A DNA stretch of 64,000 bases from positions 96,001-160,000 of the forward strand of contig JAUVNS010000009.1 of the NCBI GenBank assembly GCA_030599585.1, given 5' to 3'. Position numbers and translations under genes: made by a program. The notes under the pieces are model-generated. The model was not told where the DNA came from, ran no database searches, and saw nothing but the letters and a program-made list of their open reading frames with translations. The stretch's first letter is position 1; every line of letters begins with the position of its first letter. Of this stretch, positions 31,293 through 41,562 are shown piece after piece. The DNA is from Promethearchaeota archaeon. GTDB lineage: Archaea > Asgardarchaeota > Lokiarchaeia > Sigyniarchaeales > SOKP01.

Positions 31293-32840
31293 TTAATTAG
31301 TTTTTTTATTTTGGAGCGTTTCGACGAATGTTTTAAAGAATTTTTTTTCATCTAAATGCGAATATAAATTATTTGACATCTTGTAAACCTCATTATAAAT
31401 CATCTGATGATCTACGTTGGGAGTCCATTTCTTATCCACCTTACAAATGTTCTCAGCAGCTTTAACAATATCGGGAAACAATCCAGCACCTGCTGCTGCT
31501 AAAATTGCTGCTCCTAAAGATGTTGCTTCCTCAATTATGTTTCGTACACAAGTTATACCTATAACATCAGAGTAGATTTGATTCCAAAAATCTGAGCGTG
31601 ATCCGCCTCCAGTTACCTTTATTTCTTCAGGATTTATTCCTAACTCTCTAAAGATTTCAATATTCTTTCTGATTTCAAATGCCACTCCCTCCATAATAGA
31701 CCGAATAATATCTCTTCTTTTATGACCTAATGATAAACCGTATATTAAACCTCGAGCATACGGGTTCCAATGAGGTGCTCCAGCACCAACCAAATGCGGG
31801 ATGGCTAATAGTGAGTTAGCTCCAACGGGCGACTTTTCAGCTTCTTCAGTTAAAATAACGTATGGATCTTGGTTATGTTTTTTTGCCTGTTCACACTCTT
31901 CTGCCCCAAGTTCGTCCCTAAACCACCTTAAAAAGGCTCCAGTAGTAAAGATACTAGCTTCTTGAACCCATGCGCCAGGAATTGCGTGGCAACTGCATAA
32001 AACACGCTTTTTCGGATCAAGTTTAGGTTTTTCTAGATAAGCTAATATAAAACTTCCAGTTCCAGTCGTGACTTTTATGTTTCCGGGAGAGACGACTCCT
32101 ACTCCCAGTGCCGCTGATTGCTGATCACCTGCTCCGGTTATTACTAAAGTTTTTTTGTCAAATAATGTATCCTCAGTTATAATTTCGCCAATATCGATTC
32201 CACTCTCTACGGGTTCCGGCATTTTATCCAAGTCAATTTCAAGTTCAGAGGCGATCTCATCTGAATACTTAAATTTATTAATATCAAAAAGCATCGTCCT
32301 TGAAGCGTTAGAGTGGTCTGTATAAAATTGTCCCGTTAATTTATAAAGAATGTAATCTGAAACAAGTAAGAATTTATGGGTTTTCTGATATATCTCTGGT
32401 TTTTCGTCTTTGAACCATAAAATTTTTGTCGCTGAAAAATAAGGATCAATAGTTAACCCCGTAGTGTTATATATTTTATCTTCTCCTATTTTTTTCTTAA
32501 TGAACTCAACTTGGCTAGTAGTTCTTCGATCTTGCCACACTAACGCATTATGTAGGGGGTTACCTTCCCGATCTACAGGAACAATTGTTTCTCTTTGGTT
32601 GGCAATTGAGCAACTCACGATGTCGCTTTTATCAAAACCGCTCTTTTTAATTGCTCTCTCAATCGTCTTCTTTATTGACTCCCACCAAGAATTAGCGTCT
32701 TGTTCCACGTAAGAAGGAACCGGATAAAAACTCTCCCATTCCTGATAGTCACTTGCGACTATGTTTCCACTTAAATCAAAAATAAATGTTCTACAACCGG
32801 TCGTTCCTAAATCTAATGCCGCAATTAACATAATAAACAC
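31293..32840 (-). CDS. FGGY-family carbohydrate kinase (xylulokinase/glycerol kinase-like)
   Basis: DLGTTGCR, NQRET, WQDRR, SNASRT, GAGDQQ, GAGAPHW, TGGGSRS. Confidence 0.92.
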   Translation of the reverse strand: MFIMLIAALDLGTTGCRTFIFDLSGNIVASDYQEWESFYPVPSYVEQDANSWWESIKKTIERAIKKSGFDKSDIVSCSIANQRETIVPVDREGNPLHNALVWQDRRTTSQVEFIKKKIGEDKIYNTTGLTIDPYFSATKILWFKDEKPEIYQKTHKFLLVSDYILYKLTGQFYTDHSNASRTMLFDINKFKYSDEIASELEIDLDKMPEPVESGIDIGEIITEDTLFDKKTLVITGAGDQQSAALGVGVVSPGNIKVTTGTGSFILAYLEKPKLDPKKRVLCSCHAIPGAWVQEASIFTTGAFLRWFRDELGAEECEQAKKHNQDPYVILTEEAEKSPVGANSLLAIPHLVGAGAPHWNPYARGLIYGLSLGHKRRDIIRSIMEGVAFEIRKNIEIFRELGINPEEIKVTGGGSRSDFWNQIYSDVIGITCVRNIIEEATSLGAAILAAAGAGLFPDIVKAAENICKVDKKWTPNVDHQMIYNEVYKMSNNLYSHLDEKKFFKTFVETLQNKKTN

Positions 32841-33000
32841 ATTTTTTTTTATGTTATCATAAAATATGGATTTATTTAATAAAATTAATATTAATGATTA
32901 TTTAATATAATTAATAATTGTACCTCGTTTTAAAATTACTAACTTCTCTTATTCCTCTATTTCATTTATTCAAAATCTTACATTAAAAGTCGTGATCTTC

Positions 33001-33170
33001 TAATGATATTGTTTTTTATTTTGTTTATGATTTTTGCTAAAAAATACCCGTAAAATTGTGAAGATTTTTTCTCATCGTGACACGAAAGTAGAGAGCGTTA
33101 AATTGACGATTTGACAAGTCTTAATTTTTACCGATAAATCGTCGTGTAATCTCACTTTACGAATGCGAAA
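33001..33170. repeat. Dispersed intergenic repeat, copy 1
   Basis: Shares an identical 26-mer CTTAATTTTTACCGATAAATCGTCGT (33120-33145) with 41164-41189 and aligns over ~130 bp. Ends exactly at the NACHT stop codon. Confidence 0.85.
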
Positions 33171-36100
33171 TTAGGATCTATATCTTTTTAAATGAATTTC
33201 ATTTAGAGAAACATTTATAATTTTACTTTTTACTAAAAATCCTTCTTTAGAAAGCTCCCGTGCTTGAGCTTGTAAATAATTATTTAATTCAGGTAATGAT
33301 TGAAATTTTTTAATTGATGGACTTTTTAGCTTGGAATCATCTGAATCCCAATATTCTGACTCAAACCATCCTACCAGATATAATCCATGTGAAAGTTCTC
33401 TTGGTTTCATATATTTTTCTAAAAGCTGATCCTGCATATTATTTGTCAATTTTTGATGCCACCTTCCTTTCACTTCAACTACAATCGAAAGGACTCGATT
33501 CTGACCCTGTAAGGATCTCGGACTAATTGCATTTATTACAATATCAGGAGTACTACTTGGAGAAATATCAACTTCTCTGTGGATGATAACTTTATTTAAA
33601 TCATCAATTAGATGATTTCTAACATTATCTGAAAGCACTTCTTCATGTTTTGGCCTAAAAACGGGATCATTAACAGGTCTATTTTTATAATCCCAGAAAT
33701 TAATAGCAATGGGAGTATATCCTCTCCCTTGGAGTTTGTCCTCAAACCTCACTAATGATTCAATTGTTGCTTCAAGTAAGTGTACTTCAGATTGAATTAA
33801 ACGAGATTTCGTATTTTGAAATAAATCGTATATTTCTTGCGGTGTTGGCGGTTTCCACGATTTCATCCGTGTAATCTCTTGGGCTCTTATAATTCTATAT
33901 GCAATTGATTCTCGAACTTCGGGCAGATGCCTGATAATTTTACGGAGAGCTTTAACAGAATCAGAAGTTCCTTTTAATTCTAAATAATTTATAATATCTT
34001 CACGCCAAAAACTAATGAAATCATCAGATTGTAAAAATTTTGGTCCACCAGTTAATTTTTTATCAGAATCTTTTGGATATTGACCAGATACCCAAATGTA
34101 AAGATCAGCTAATTGATCTTCTAGATAATTTTCAAACATCCCTTTATTGAATCGAGCTTCATTAGCAATATTTTTGATAACTTCTCGACCCCAGTCATTA
34201 TCATCTTGAATTATTGTTTTTACGGTCTCCCATGAATTTTGAGGTGAAAAGATAAGTAAGGTTTTTGCTGCTTGAATCGATTTTAGTTTCTCATTTTCGT
34301 CAGGGGATGAGTGATTTTTTAATAAATTCTTCGTATAATCATTAATTCTTTCGTAGCTGTGTGATAATAAAAATTCTAAAATATTCCCAACAATATCAGG
34401 TTTTAAATTCCCTTCTACTAATTTGTCTTGAAGTGACTTTCCGATGAAATCATCATATATCATTTCGATTTTGCTAAGAATAGCTAGGGAATATGTTTGT
34501 TCATTTACATAATCAATTTGTGCTAAGAGAGTTGTAACTAATTGGCTTTTTGCATTTGGATAACCCATGTGAAGTAGCATGTTCCGAAATAATATTTCTG
34601 GGTTTAAGCGGAGATTAGCGTCATCACGATTTATGAATAATTTTTCTGGATCAACTATATTTTGCCCATAGGTTCCAAATTCATAAAGAAGAATTATCGG
34701 CATCCATTTTTCCCATGTTTCCGCAGTTAAATTTCTAATATATTCCGGATCCATTTCAAGAATTAATCTGAGAGCGCGATATCCAGCATAAGCGGGAAAA
34801 GATATTTTATTTGTCCCAACCCATTCTTGATTGTTAGGTTCACCTTTGATAACAAATTTTTTAGCTGCAAAGAGAATTCTGTCTTGCGTTTTCTCTGAAG
34901 AAAACCTCCAACCGGGCATAGAAGTTAAGTTTGGATTAAAAACCGATTGATTATCTACCATTCTATGCTCACTCATCATTTCCCGATTTAAATGATCCCA
35001 AAAAATTATTTTTCCTTGCTCAATTCTATCTAGGTGATTTCTCATTCTTTCTTGGAGAGGGGGATCTAATGGTGTTGGAGCCCTACTTCTCTGTAGCTGC
35101 TCAAATTTTTCTTTATCTGATTGTTCTCTCTCATAATCCAGTCTCATTTTCGATGCTAATTCGCTATCGTAATCGATTGGACCAAACCAACGTATATAAT
35201 GTGGATGAAAAACGGGAAGATTATATAATCCAAACGCAATATCAGACCAATTTGGTTCCATAAAAAGCATCCGATATATTATCAGAGCTAATTTTTCTTT
35301 ATATTCATATTCCTCAGTATTTTTAACCTCGTCAATCAACCAAGTTAGGTCTTCTTGTTGAATTAACTCAAACAAATTTTTTTGACCATAATCATGTAAA
35401 AGGTGGCTGATAAGAGGAATTAATAGGCTTTTATCAAAGGGAAGGATGATTAACACACGCTTCGAAATTTTTCTTCTTAGTTCTTGGTCTTGCTTCATTA
35501 GTAAATTAATTTGAGATTCGTTCCATCTTTCTCTAAGATAATTTCCATCAATTATTAAAGCACTTAAAGCTTGGGAAACTCCATCAATAATACCATCAAT
35601 ATCAACTAAATTCAGTGCTTTTATAAGTATTTGCGTAAGAATCTCATCAAAAAAAGATTTAGCCATAGGTATGAACATTCTGGGATTGTCTCCTATCCAT
35701 TTCAGAGCACTCATAATTTCTGTATTAGGGAGCTTTTCAATGAAATGTTGATATAGGAATCTCATATAAGCACCACCATAACCTAATATAGCGTCAGGTA
35801 GATGCTCAATTAGTTCATTGAATTTAATATGATTTGGCCAAAGAATTATGAGACTAATTCCTTTTAGATCGTAATCATCGCCCGAATTTTCATCAGATAA
35901 AGCGATTGGTTTTAAACTCTCAATTTCCTCTATGTTTTGAGTGTTAGAAAAGGATTCTAAGGCATAAGCTGCAAATTTGCGAATTTGAATATCTTCACCG
36001 TCATCTAAAACCAATCCAATTAATAAAGGTATTAAACTTAATAGATTACATTCTTCAGCAATTTTTATTGCAAATATTTTTGTGTCACGGGGATTTTCGG

Positions 36101-37541
36101 GATTTTTGATATATTCTTGAATTTGTAATGATAAATTAGGATGATTTAACTTTTTATATTGAGAAGTTAAATCAAAAAACCGTAGTTTTAGAGAACTTTT
36201 TTCATAGTTGTGTAGGAGTTGATTTATAATTTCTTCTTTTTTCTCATCAGAAAACAACATCAAATCTGTTTGAAGTAATACTTCAGGTTCTGAATCAATT
36301 ATTTTATCATATAAATCTTGATTAAAGGAACAAAGCCACGCTACAACTTCTCTCAATTGAGGAATAATCTTACCATCATATGAATTTTTTATTACACTTA
36401 GGATCTGAACTGTTGGTATCTCTTTTTTAATAATATAATCCGCAGCTAAAAATTCTAAGAAACTCCAGTGTGCCCACCGGCGAACTGGTCTTGACGATTC
36501 AAACAATCCACAAGCAAGAGTTTCTGAAATACAAATATCAGTAACATCAAATGCTTGCCCTAATACATTTTCTTGACCTTGTCGTAGAATAGATTCGTGG
36601 ATGAATTCATCTGTCATTCCTTCGATTTGTGTAGAAGTCCAAATCGAATATTTTCCTGAAAAAGCACAAAGTGCGGCAATGCGTGCAGCAACGATATATT
36701 TTTGTTCAGGAGTAAAAATAATTCCAAGTCTCTCATCTCTTCTCATTTCATTAGCTTCTTCACATAAGTAATGGCAGTAGAATCTATATAAATCTGTTTT
36801 ACTTCCAGATAAATATCCTTCTTGATTATATTGATGTATTAAAATTTTTAATGTGATCGGTATTGAAGCAAATATACCTGCTCCCATAGTTACAATTTTT
36901 TCCATGAAATCTGAAGGTGAGGTATTTTCCGTTTCTTCAACCTCACCATTAGCGACTTCTTCAATGTCTTTTTTACGTAGTGGTACAAGCGTATATTTTA
37001 AGAAATTGTTGCTACCAAAAATATTTATTAAATTATCATTTAGACCGTGTGGCCAATACCCCGCTCGACAGGCAATTCGGAGATATAGCCTATCCTTTGG
37101 GATATCTTTTAGACTTTCTACTAAAAGATTTGCAATAACTCCCTCACGCAAGAAGCATTCGTCGAAACTATCTAATAAGAGATATAGATTATAATTTCCA
37201 GTACGCCAATCTTGAAATTTAGCATGATTAAAAATCTTATCATCGAAATGAATTTCATTTCCAATACTACTTAAATTGACTTTAAGAATCTCACCTTTTT
37301 CATTGTCAAAATCTTGAAAAGATTTTTCTAAAGCAACGGTCTTCCCTATACCCGGTTCTCCCAAAAGTACTATGCAATTCTTCTCAAGCTTTATAGGATC
37401 TTTGATTAAATGCGAATTAGGGGAAAATTCGTACTCTGGGTCTTCTAAATATCCTTCAGGGGATATGATAGGTTTTTTATCACTTGGACACCAGAAGCGG
37501 GTCCATTCATAAGTTCCCGACATTTTTATTCCCCACATCAT
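33171..37541 (-). CDS. Large NACHT/STAND NTPase with helical repeats and a C-terminal PD-(D/E)xK nuclease-like domain (likely start ATG 37523)
   Basis: Walker A GEPGIGKT, Walker B LLLDSFDE, RIACR, HWSFLEFLAA, C-terminal PDIVI...VEVKGRW. Confidence 0.82.
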   Translation of the reverse strand: MMWGIKMSGTYEWTRFWCPSDKKPIISPEGYLEDPEYEFSPNSHLIKDPIKLEKNCIVLLGEPGIGKTVALEKSFQDFDNEKGEILKVNLSSIGNEIHFDDKIFNHAKFQDWRTGNYNLYLLLDSFDECFLREGVIANLLVESLKDIPKDRLYLRIACRAGYWPHGLNDNLINIFGSNNFLKYTLVPLRKKDIEEVANGEVEETENTSPSDFMEKIVTMGAGIFASIPITLKILIHQYNQEGYLSGSKTDLYRFYCHYLCEEANEMRRDERLGIIFTPEQKYIVAARIAALCAFSGKYSIWTSTQIEGMTDEFIHESILRQGQENVLGQAFDVTDICISETLACGLFESSRPVRRWAHWSFLEFLAADYIIKKEIPTVQILSVIKNSYDGKIIPQLREVVAWLCSFNQDLYDKIIDSEPEVLLQTDLMLFSDEKKEEIINQLLHNYEKSSLKLRFFDLTSQYKKLNHPNLSLQIQEYIKNPENPRDTKIFAIKIAEECNLLSLIPLLIGLVLDDGEDIQIRKFAAYALESFSNTQNIEEIESLKPIALSDENSGDDYDLKGISLIILWPNHIKFNELIEHLPDAILGYGGAYMRFLYQHFIEKLPNTEIMSALKWIGDNPRMFIPMAKSFFDEILTQILIKALNLVDIDGIIDGVSQALSALIIDGNYLRERWNESQINLLMKQDQELRRKISKRVLIILPFDKSLLIPLISHLLHDYGQKNLFELIQQEDLTWLIDEVKNTEEYEYKEKLALIIYRMLFMEPNWSDIAFGLYNLPVFHPHYIRWFGPIDYDSELASKMRLDYEREQSDKEKFEQLQRSRAPTPLDPPLQERMRNHLDRIEQGKIIFWDHLNREMMSEHRMVDNQSVFNPNLTSMPGWRFSSEKTQDRILFAAKKFVIKGEPNNQEWVGTNKISFPAYAGYRALRLILEMDPEYIRNLTAETWEKWMPIILLYEFGTYGQNIVDPEKLFINRDDANLRLNPEILFRNMLLHMGYPNAKSQLVTTLLAQIDYVNEQTYSLAILSKIEMIYDDFIGKSLQDKLVEGNLKPDIVGNILEFLLSHSYERINDYTKNLLKNHSSPDENEKLKSIQAAKTLLIFSPQNSWETVKTIIQDDNDWGREVIKNIANEARFNKGMFENYLEDQLADLYIWVSGQYPKDSDKKLTGGPKFLQSDDFISFWREDIINYLELKGTSDSVKALRKIIRHLPEVRESIAYRIIRAQEITRMKSWKPPTPQEIYDLFQNTKSRLIQSEVHLLEATIESLVRFEDKLQGRGYTPIAINFWDYKNRPVNDPVFRPKHEEVLSDNVRNHLIDDLNKVIIHREVDISPSSTPDIVINAISPRSLQGQNRVLSIVVEVKGRWHQKLTNNMQDQLLEKYMKPRELSHGLYLVGWFESEYWDSDDSKLKSPSIKKFQSLPELNNYLQAQARELSKEGFLVKSKIINVSLNEIHLKRYRS

Positions 37542-37711
37542 ATCTTTTGTTATCTAGGTTATTATTCTTATAAATGAATATTAAGTTTATTATCAAAAGT
37601 AAAGTTTCACCAAAATCGTTATTTTGATCAATCTAATCTTTTTCTCTAAATAAAAAATTTATTTCATCTCTGATTTTTGAATCCATCCAAATTTTACTTT
37701 TAAATGCTTAA

Positions 37712-37868
37712 TAATGTGTATTTTTATTTTGTTTATGACTTTTGGTAAAGTAATGTCCTGTAAAAAGGAGATGAAAATTTTCCCTTCTAAAACAGAAGAA
37801 GAAAGAAGGTATTCATCAATCTGACAAATCTCAAATTTTACTTATATATACCTCTGAAACTACAGTTT
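37712..37868. repeat. Dispersed intergenic repeat, copy 2 (diverged)
   Basis: TTTTTATTTTGTTTATGA...GTAAAA...TGACAA.TC..TTTTAC aligns almost without gaps to copy 1. Confidence 0.6.
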
Positions 37869-37962
37869 TTGTTTAAATACTTTTAATGTTTTTATACTTC
37901 AGATCATTTTATGAGGTTTTTATCAAATAGTATAAAATGAAGAACTTAGGATTCCCATGTTC

Positions 37963-39318
37963 TTACGAAATAATCTCGTCCAATTTCTCGTAAAGGATTT
38001 TATTGATTCTTTTTGGATATTTCATTTTTGCTTCAATTAATTCTAAAATGTCCGAATCTTCTAAGACCATAATAATTTTTTTTTGATCTGTACTGTTTCT
38101 ATTCCTTCGTCTACAATTTTCTAAACATTTAGCTTTATCTTCAATCTTACGAACAACTATAAAACCAAACATACCCGTGCGGGGTATTAAACGAGTGTCC
38201 AATTGATCATATTCGGGATTTCCAGGATCATTTGAATAGTTCTTACATTCAATATATATATTAGGACAAGGAATCTTGTATACTTCTTCTAAATCTTTGA
38301 AAAAGCCCTTCTTATTCTTTCTTCGAAATTTAACATCAATTCTAATCCCCTCTCCTGGAGCTTCTATTTTCATATCGGTCAATTGTCCTTTAAAAATGTA
38401 TCTCAAAATATTTCCAATTATATCTTGAAATCTGTAAGCATCTAGCTTCCCTTCCTCAGTTAATTTAAGCTCCTCAGCCAACAATTCTAAAATGGACATG
38501 AACTCTGTTGAAACATAATGACCGTCATTTTGTACCGTTCCCTTTTTAATTAAATCGTCAAGCTTTAAAGCTCTTGAGAAAATAATCCTATCTTTAGGTC
38601 GTGAACGGTAAACGATATTAGTATAAGCAAATTTTTTTAACTCCTCGGAATAATCATCATCTATTTTTAATCCACAAGACTCAATCATTGTCTCAATTTC
38701 TTTTTCATGAAGTTCTACATAAAAAGTTTCAGTACTCTTTTTTTTAGCACCGGGTAGATATCCATCAAGAAATTTACGAATATAACGTTTTGCGTAATCG
38801 TTTTTTCCAATTCTTATCATAGGATCAGAATACCAAATAAATGAACCGTTATTTTTTAATAATTTTCTAATCAGTAACAACAAGCATAAACGTTCCACTG
38901 GAATTGGCATTACTGTGGGAACATTCAGTAACAATATTATATCAAAGAAATTCTCGGTAAAGGTGTAGATATCTTTCGGAAAAATTATAGGGTGAAAGTT
39001 ATCGTATTCCTGTAATTCATTAAGTCTCTCTTCAGTTTTTGAACCTTTCTTGAATAATTCTTCAAATTCAGCAGCATAAACTTGGAATCCTTTCTCTACA
39101 AAATATTTAGAATTCCTTAATCTAGCTGCTCCTAAATCTAATATCTTCGTTGAAGCGGGCCTCTTCCGTTCGGTAATTTTATTAAAAAGATTTACTAATT
39201 GACCACCCGGTTTGGGCATTTTTGGAGCTGAATGGGTAACATCAATTTTTACACTTGAATAACTAAAATTCTTAAATCCCGTTTTCGGTTTAAATTCATA
39301 TATAGGCGATTTCCACAT
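37963..39318 (-). CDS. Class I SAM-methyltransferase fused to a C-terminal PD-(D/E)xK restriction-endonuclease-like domain
   Basis: N-part: ILDLGAARLRNS, FDIILLLNV...ER. C-part: RIDVKF...IECKNYSNDPGNPEYDQL. Confidence 0.72.
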   Translation of the reverse strand: MWKSPIYEFKPKTGFKNFSYSSVKIDVTHSAPKMPKPGGQLVNLFNKITERKRPASTKILDLGAARLRNSKYFVEKGFQVYAAEFEELFKKGSKTEERLNELQEYDNFHPIIFPKDIYTFTENFFDIILLLNVPTVMPIPVERLCLLLLIRKLLKNNGSFIWYSDPMIRIGKNDYAKRYIRKFLDGYLPGAKKKSTETFYVELHEKEIETMIESCGLKIDDDYSEELKKFAYTNIVYRSRPKDRIIFSRALKLDDLIKKGTVQNDGHYVSTEFMSILELLAEELKLTEEGKLDAYRFQDIIGNILRYIFKGQLTDMKIEAPGEGIRIDVKFRRKNKKGFFKDLEEVYKIPCPNIYIECKNYSNDPGNPEYDQLDTRLIPRTGMFGFIVVRKIEDKAKCLENCRRRNRNSTDQKKIIMVLEDSDILELIEAKMKYPKRINKILYEKLDEIIS

Positions 39319-39520
39319 TTGGGTCTACTTAAACAACATTTTTGTCAGCTTAATAAAATTAAGTAAATAGAACTAATTAAAATTAGATATTAATTGGAAA
39401 ATAATATATTTGTTATGTTAAGGACATAAGATTGCAAAATATAATTGTAAAATTTCTAGAACGAGAATATCTTCACAATAAAGCAAGCTCAAATAAAAAT
39501 TACGAAGTAGACGAATATGT

Positions 39521-40396
39521 TCAGCTCCAGAGTACCAATTTTTTAGATATCTGTATATTTTTGACTTTATATCCTTTCCCCCGTAATAATTTGGTAATCT
39601 TATGAATTGAATATCCTTCTCGGTAATGCCAAAACAAAATTTTCTTTCGTATTTTTTCTAAACAGTTTGGGTTTCTTGAATACACTTTACTATATCGAAA
39701 TAAGCGTTCCAGAGCTTCCGGGCATTCCTTTTCGATTTTATTCTTAAAACTTCTGGGAGTGTAATTAGAAATTCCAAAATTCTCTGTAAATTGCTCAAAG
39801 GATAAATTAGAGGTTAGATACAATGCTAAACCAATTTTAGTTTTATCGCGTGGATTCCAATTTTTTTGAAAGCACAATTTTTCAATATTTTTTAGAATTT
39901 TTTTAGTTTTAAGTAGATTTATCCTTTCAGTTTGAGATATATTTGTCTGATTATATTCGCTAACGATCTTTCTCATCAATAACACAGTTGGATTGCAGGA
40001 AATTAACTTACAAGAATTATTAGGGGATAATTTTTTGCTTTTCCTTGCTTTCAGCAAGGCTACATCTCTAAAATTATTTTCAATTAACGATAAGCCTATA
40101 TCGTTTAAACTGATCCCTATATAGGTGCGTTTACCATGACGCTTTATTCCTGATACTTCAATCCCCTTTTTTTTTAAGTATGTCGTCATACACCTTGTTG
40201 AGGTAATTGGTAAAGAAAAATCTTTTCCACAGCGATAACTATTGTAAGTTCTCAATAACTTCTCTGCCCAGATCGATCCTTTCCCTAAGCAACAACATTT
40301 CTTAAAGAACTGATCAAAGTCAGCTACATCAAATACATTCTTTATTTCTTCTTCTTTATTTTTAATTAACTTTTGTTTTTCCGTTATAATTGTCAA
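39521..40396 (-). CDS. Hypothetical protein; N-part resembles the C-terminal winged helix of D5/P4-type primase-helicases
   Basis: FDQFFKKCC...LLRTYNSY...YLKKKG...KRTYIGISL pattern; HTH-like C-terminus. Confidence 0.45.
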   Translation of the reverse strand: MTIITEKQKLIKNKEEEIKNVFDVADFDQFFKKCCCLGKGSIWAEKLLRTYNSYRCGKDFSLPITSTRCMTTYLKKKGIEVSGIKRHGKRTYIGISLNDIGLSLIENNFRDVALLKARKSKKLSPNNSCKLISCNPTVLLMRKIVSEYNQTNISQTERINLLKTKKILKNIEKLCFQKNWNPRDKTKIGLALYLTSNLSFEQFTENFGISNYTPRSFKNKIEKECPEALERLFRYSKVYSRNPNCLEKIRKKILFWHYREGYSIHKITKLLRGKGYKVKNIQISKKLVLWS

Positions 40397-40438
40397 GAAT
40401 TTTTAACACTTTTCTTTCAATTGTTTTAATTCAAACTT

Positions 40439-40702
40439 CTAATTCGGTAGAAACCTATCGGATTTGTCAAAATACACCCTTTTAGTATTATATCCGCCCC
40501 CTAATCCTTTTTTCAATCGAGGAGGCTGGCTTAAGTAATCTAAAAATTTATCTGTTGCTCTTCGGAAATGTAATCCTTCAAATGGATCACCTTTAAATTC
40601 TCTATGCCTTTCTTCAGAAGTTTTCGCTAAAAAAAGAGAATATCTTGTTCTTAACTCTCCAATATCTTCTATTGAGACAATGTCTTCGTATTCTTTGATC
40701 AT
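40439..40702 (-). CDS. Hypothetical protein (frame extends upstream to ~40783 with a CxxC motif)
   Basis: ORF track; upstream in-frame FPWGFSPECKVCGD. Confidence 0.5.
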   Translation of the reverse strand: MIKEYEDIVSIEDIGELRTRYSLFLAKTSEERHREFKGDPFEGLHFRRATDKFLDYLSQPPRLKKGLGGGYNTKRVYFDKSDRFLPN

Positions 40703-41081
40703 ATCTCCACATACTTTACATTCTGGAGAAAAACCCCAAGGAAATGGGAACGCTTCAAATTTCGTTTTTCTATCTATTCTATTTCACGCTCTTGTTTTTT
40801 ATTGCGAAGCGACAAGTCTTTAACAGATCAAAAAAAACATTTATTAGGTGCCAGCCTATAATAGATTTAAATTTAAAATGTTTAGACTTGTCAAAAAAGA
40901 ATTGCAGAATTTTGTTTAAAAAGTCCTCGATTTATGAAATAGAAATGAGCTTTTTTATACTATATTTTAAATATTTAATAAATGCAATTAATAATTAAAA
41001 GGTTAATAGTTCACACTGGTATGAACTATTTAGCAGTTTATAATCATTGAACTAAACTAATCTTATTTATAAAAAAAATAC

Positions 41082-41215
41082 AAAAAATACCCCTTAAAAT
41101 TATGAAGAATTTTTCTCCTCGTGAAACGATAGTAGAGAGGGAGTAATTGATGATTTGACTGAGCTTAATTTTTACCGATAAATCGTCGTATAATCTCACT
41201 TTGCGAATGCGAAAT
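41082..41215. repeat. Dispersed intergenic repeat, copy 3
   Basis: Direct repeat of 33039-33171 with scattered mismatches. Confidence 0.85.
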
Positions 41216-41478
41216 GCCTCAAAATTATTACTTCTAAAAAATCAATATTTTTAAATTCTAGTTAGTCTGTGAGCAATTAGAGTTAAAAAATGCATTTTTT
41301 TTTTGACTTATTTATGCTTGCACTTTCATGCTTATTAAAATCGTATGTTAGATAACTAAGTTTACAAGGTGTTAACTGCCATACCTTCGCTACATTGACG
41401 CTTTCTATCTTTGCTCTACGAAGAGAAAATTTCGATAAAATTTTTCGGAAGTCTATGAAAAAATGTACTAAGAAATTT

Positions 41479-41510
41479 TTTGATCCCACCTGGGATCAAA
41501 TTTATAAATA
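41479..41510 (+). promoter_or_regulatory. Perfect palindrome (candidate operator) abutting a TATA-like box
   Basis: TTTGATCCCA-CC-TGGGATCAAA followed directly by TTTATAAATA, ~50 nt before the ATG at 41563. Confidence 0.5.
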
Positions 41511-41562
41511 TAAAAAATAATATGTTATTTAATCATAATAAAACTTTTAAAATGAAATCTAA

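Noticed and set aside
33001-33170. Integron attC site
   Set aside because: No clear RYYYAAC/GTTRRRY ends and no integrase in the window. Kept only as an unexplained repeat.
32840-33170. tRNA integration site at the island's left edge
   Set aside because: No tRNA-like sequence is visible here or elsewhere in the window.
40744-41489. ORFs 40744-40998 and 41283-41489
   Set aside because: Low-complexity AT-rich translations overlapping repeat/regulatory DNA; probably spurious.
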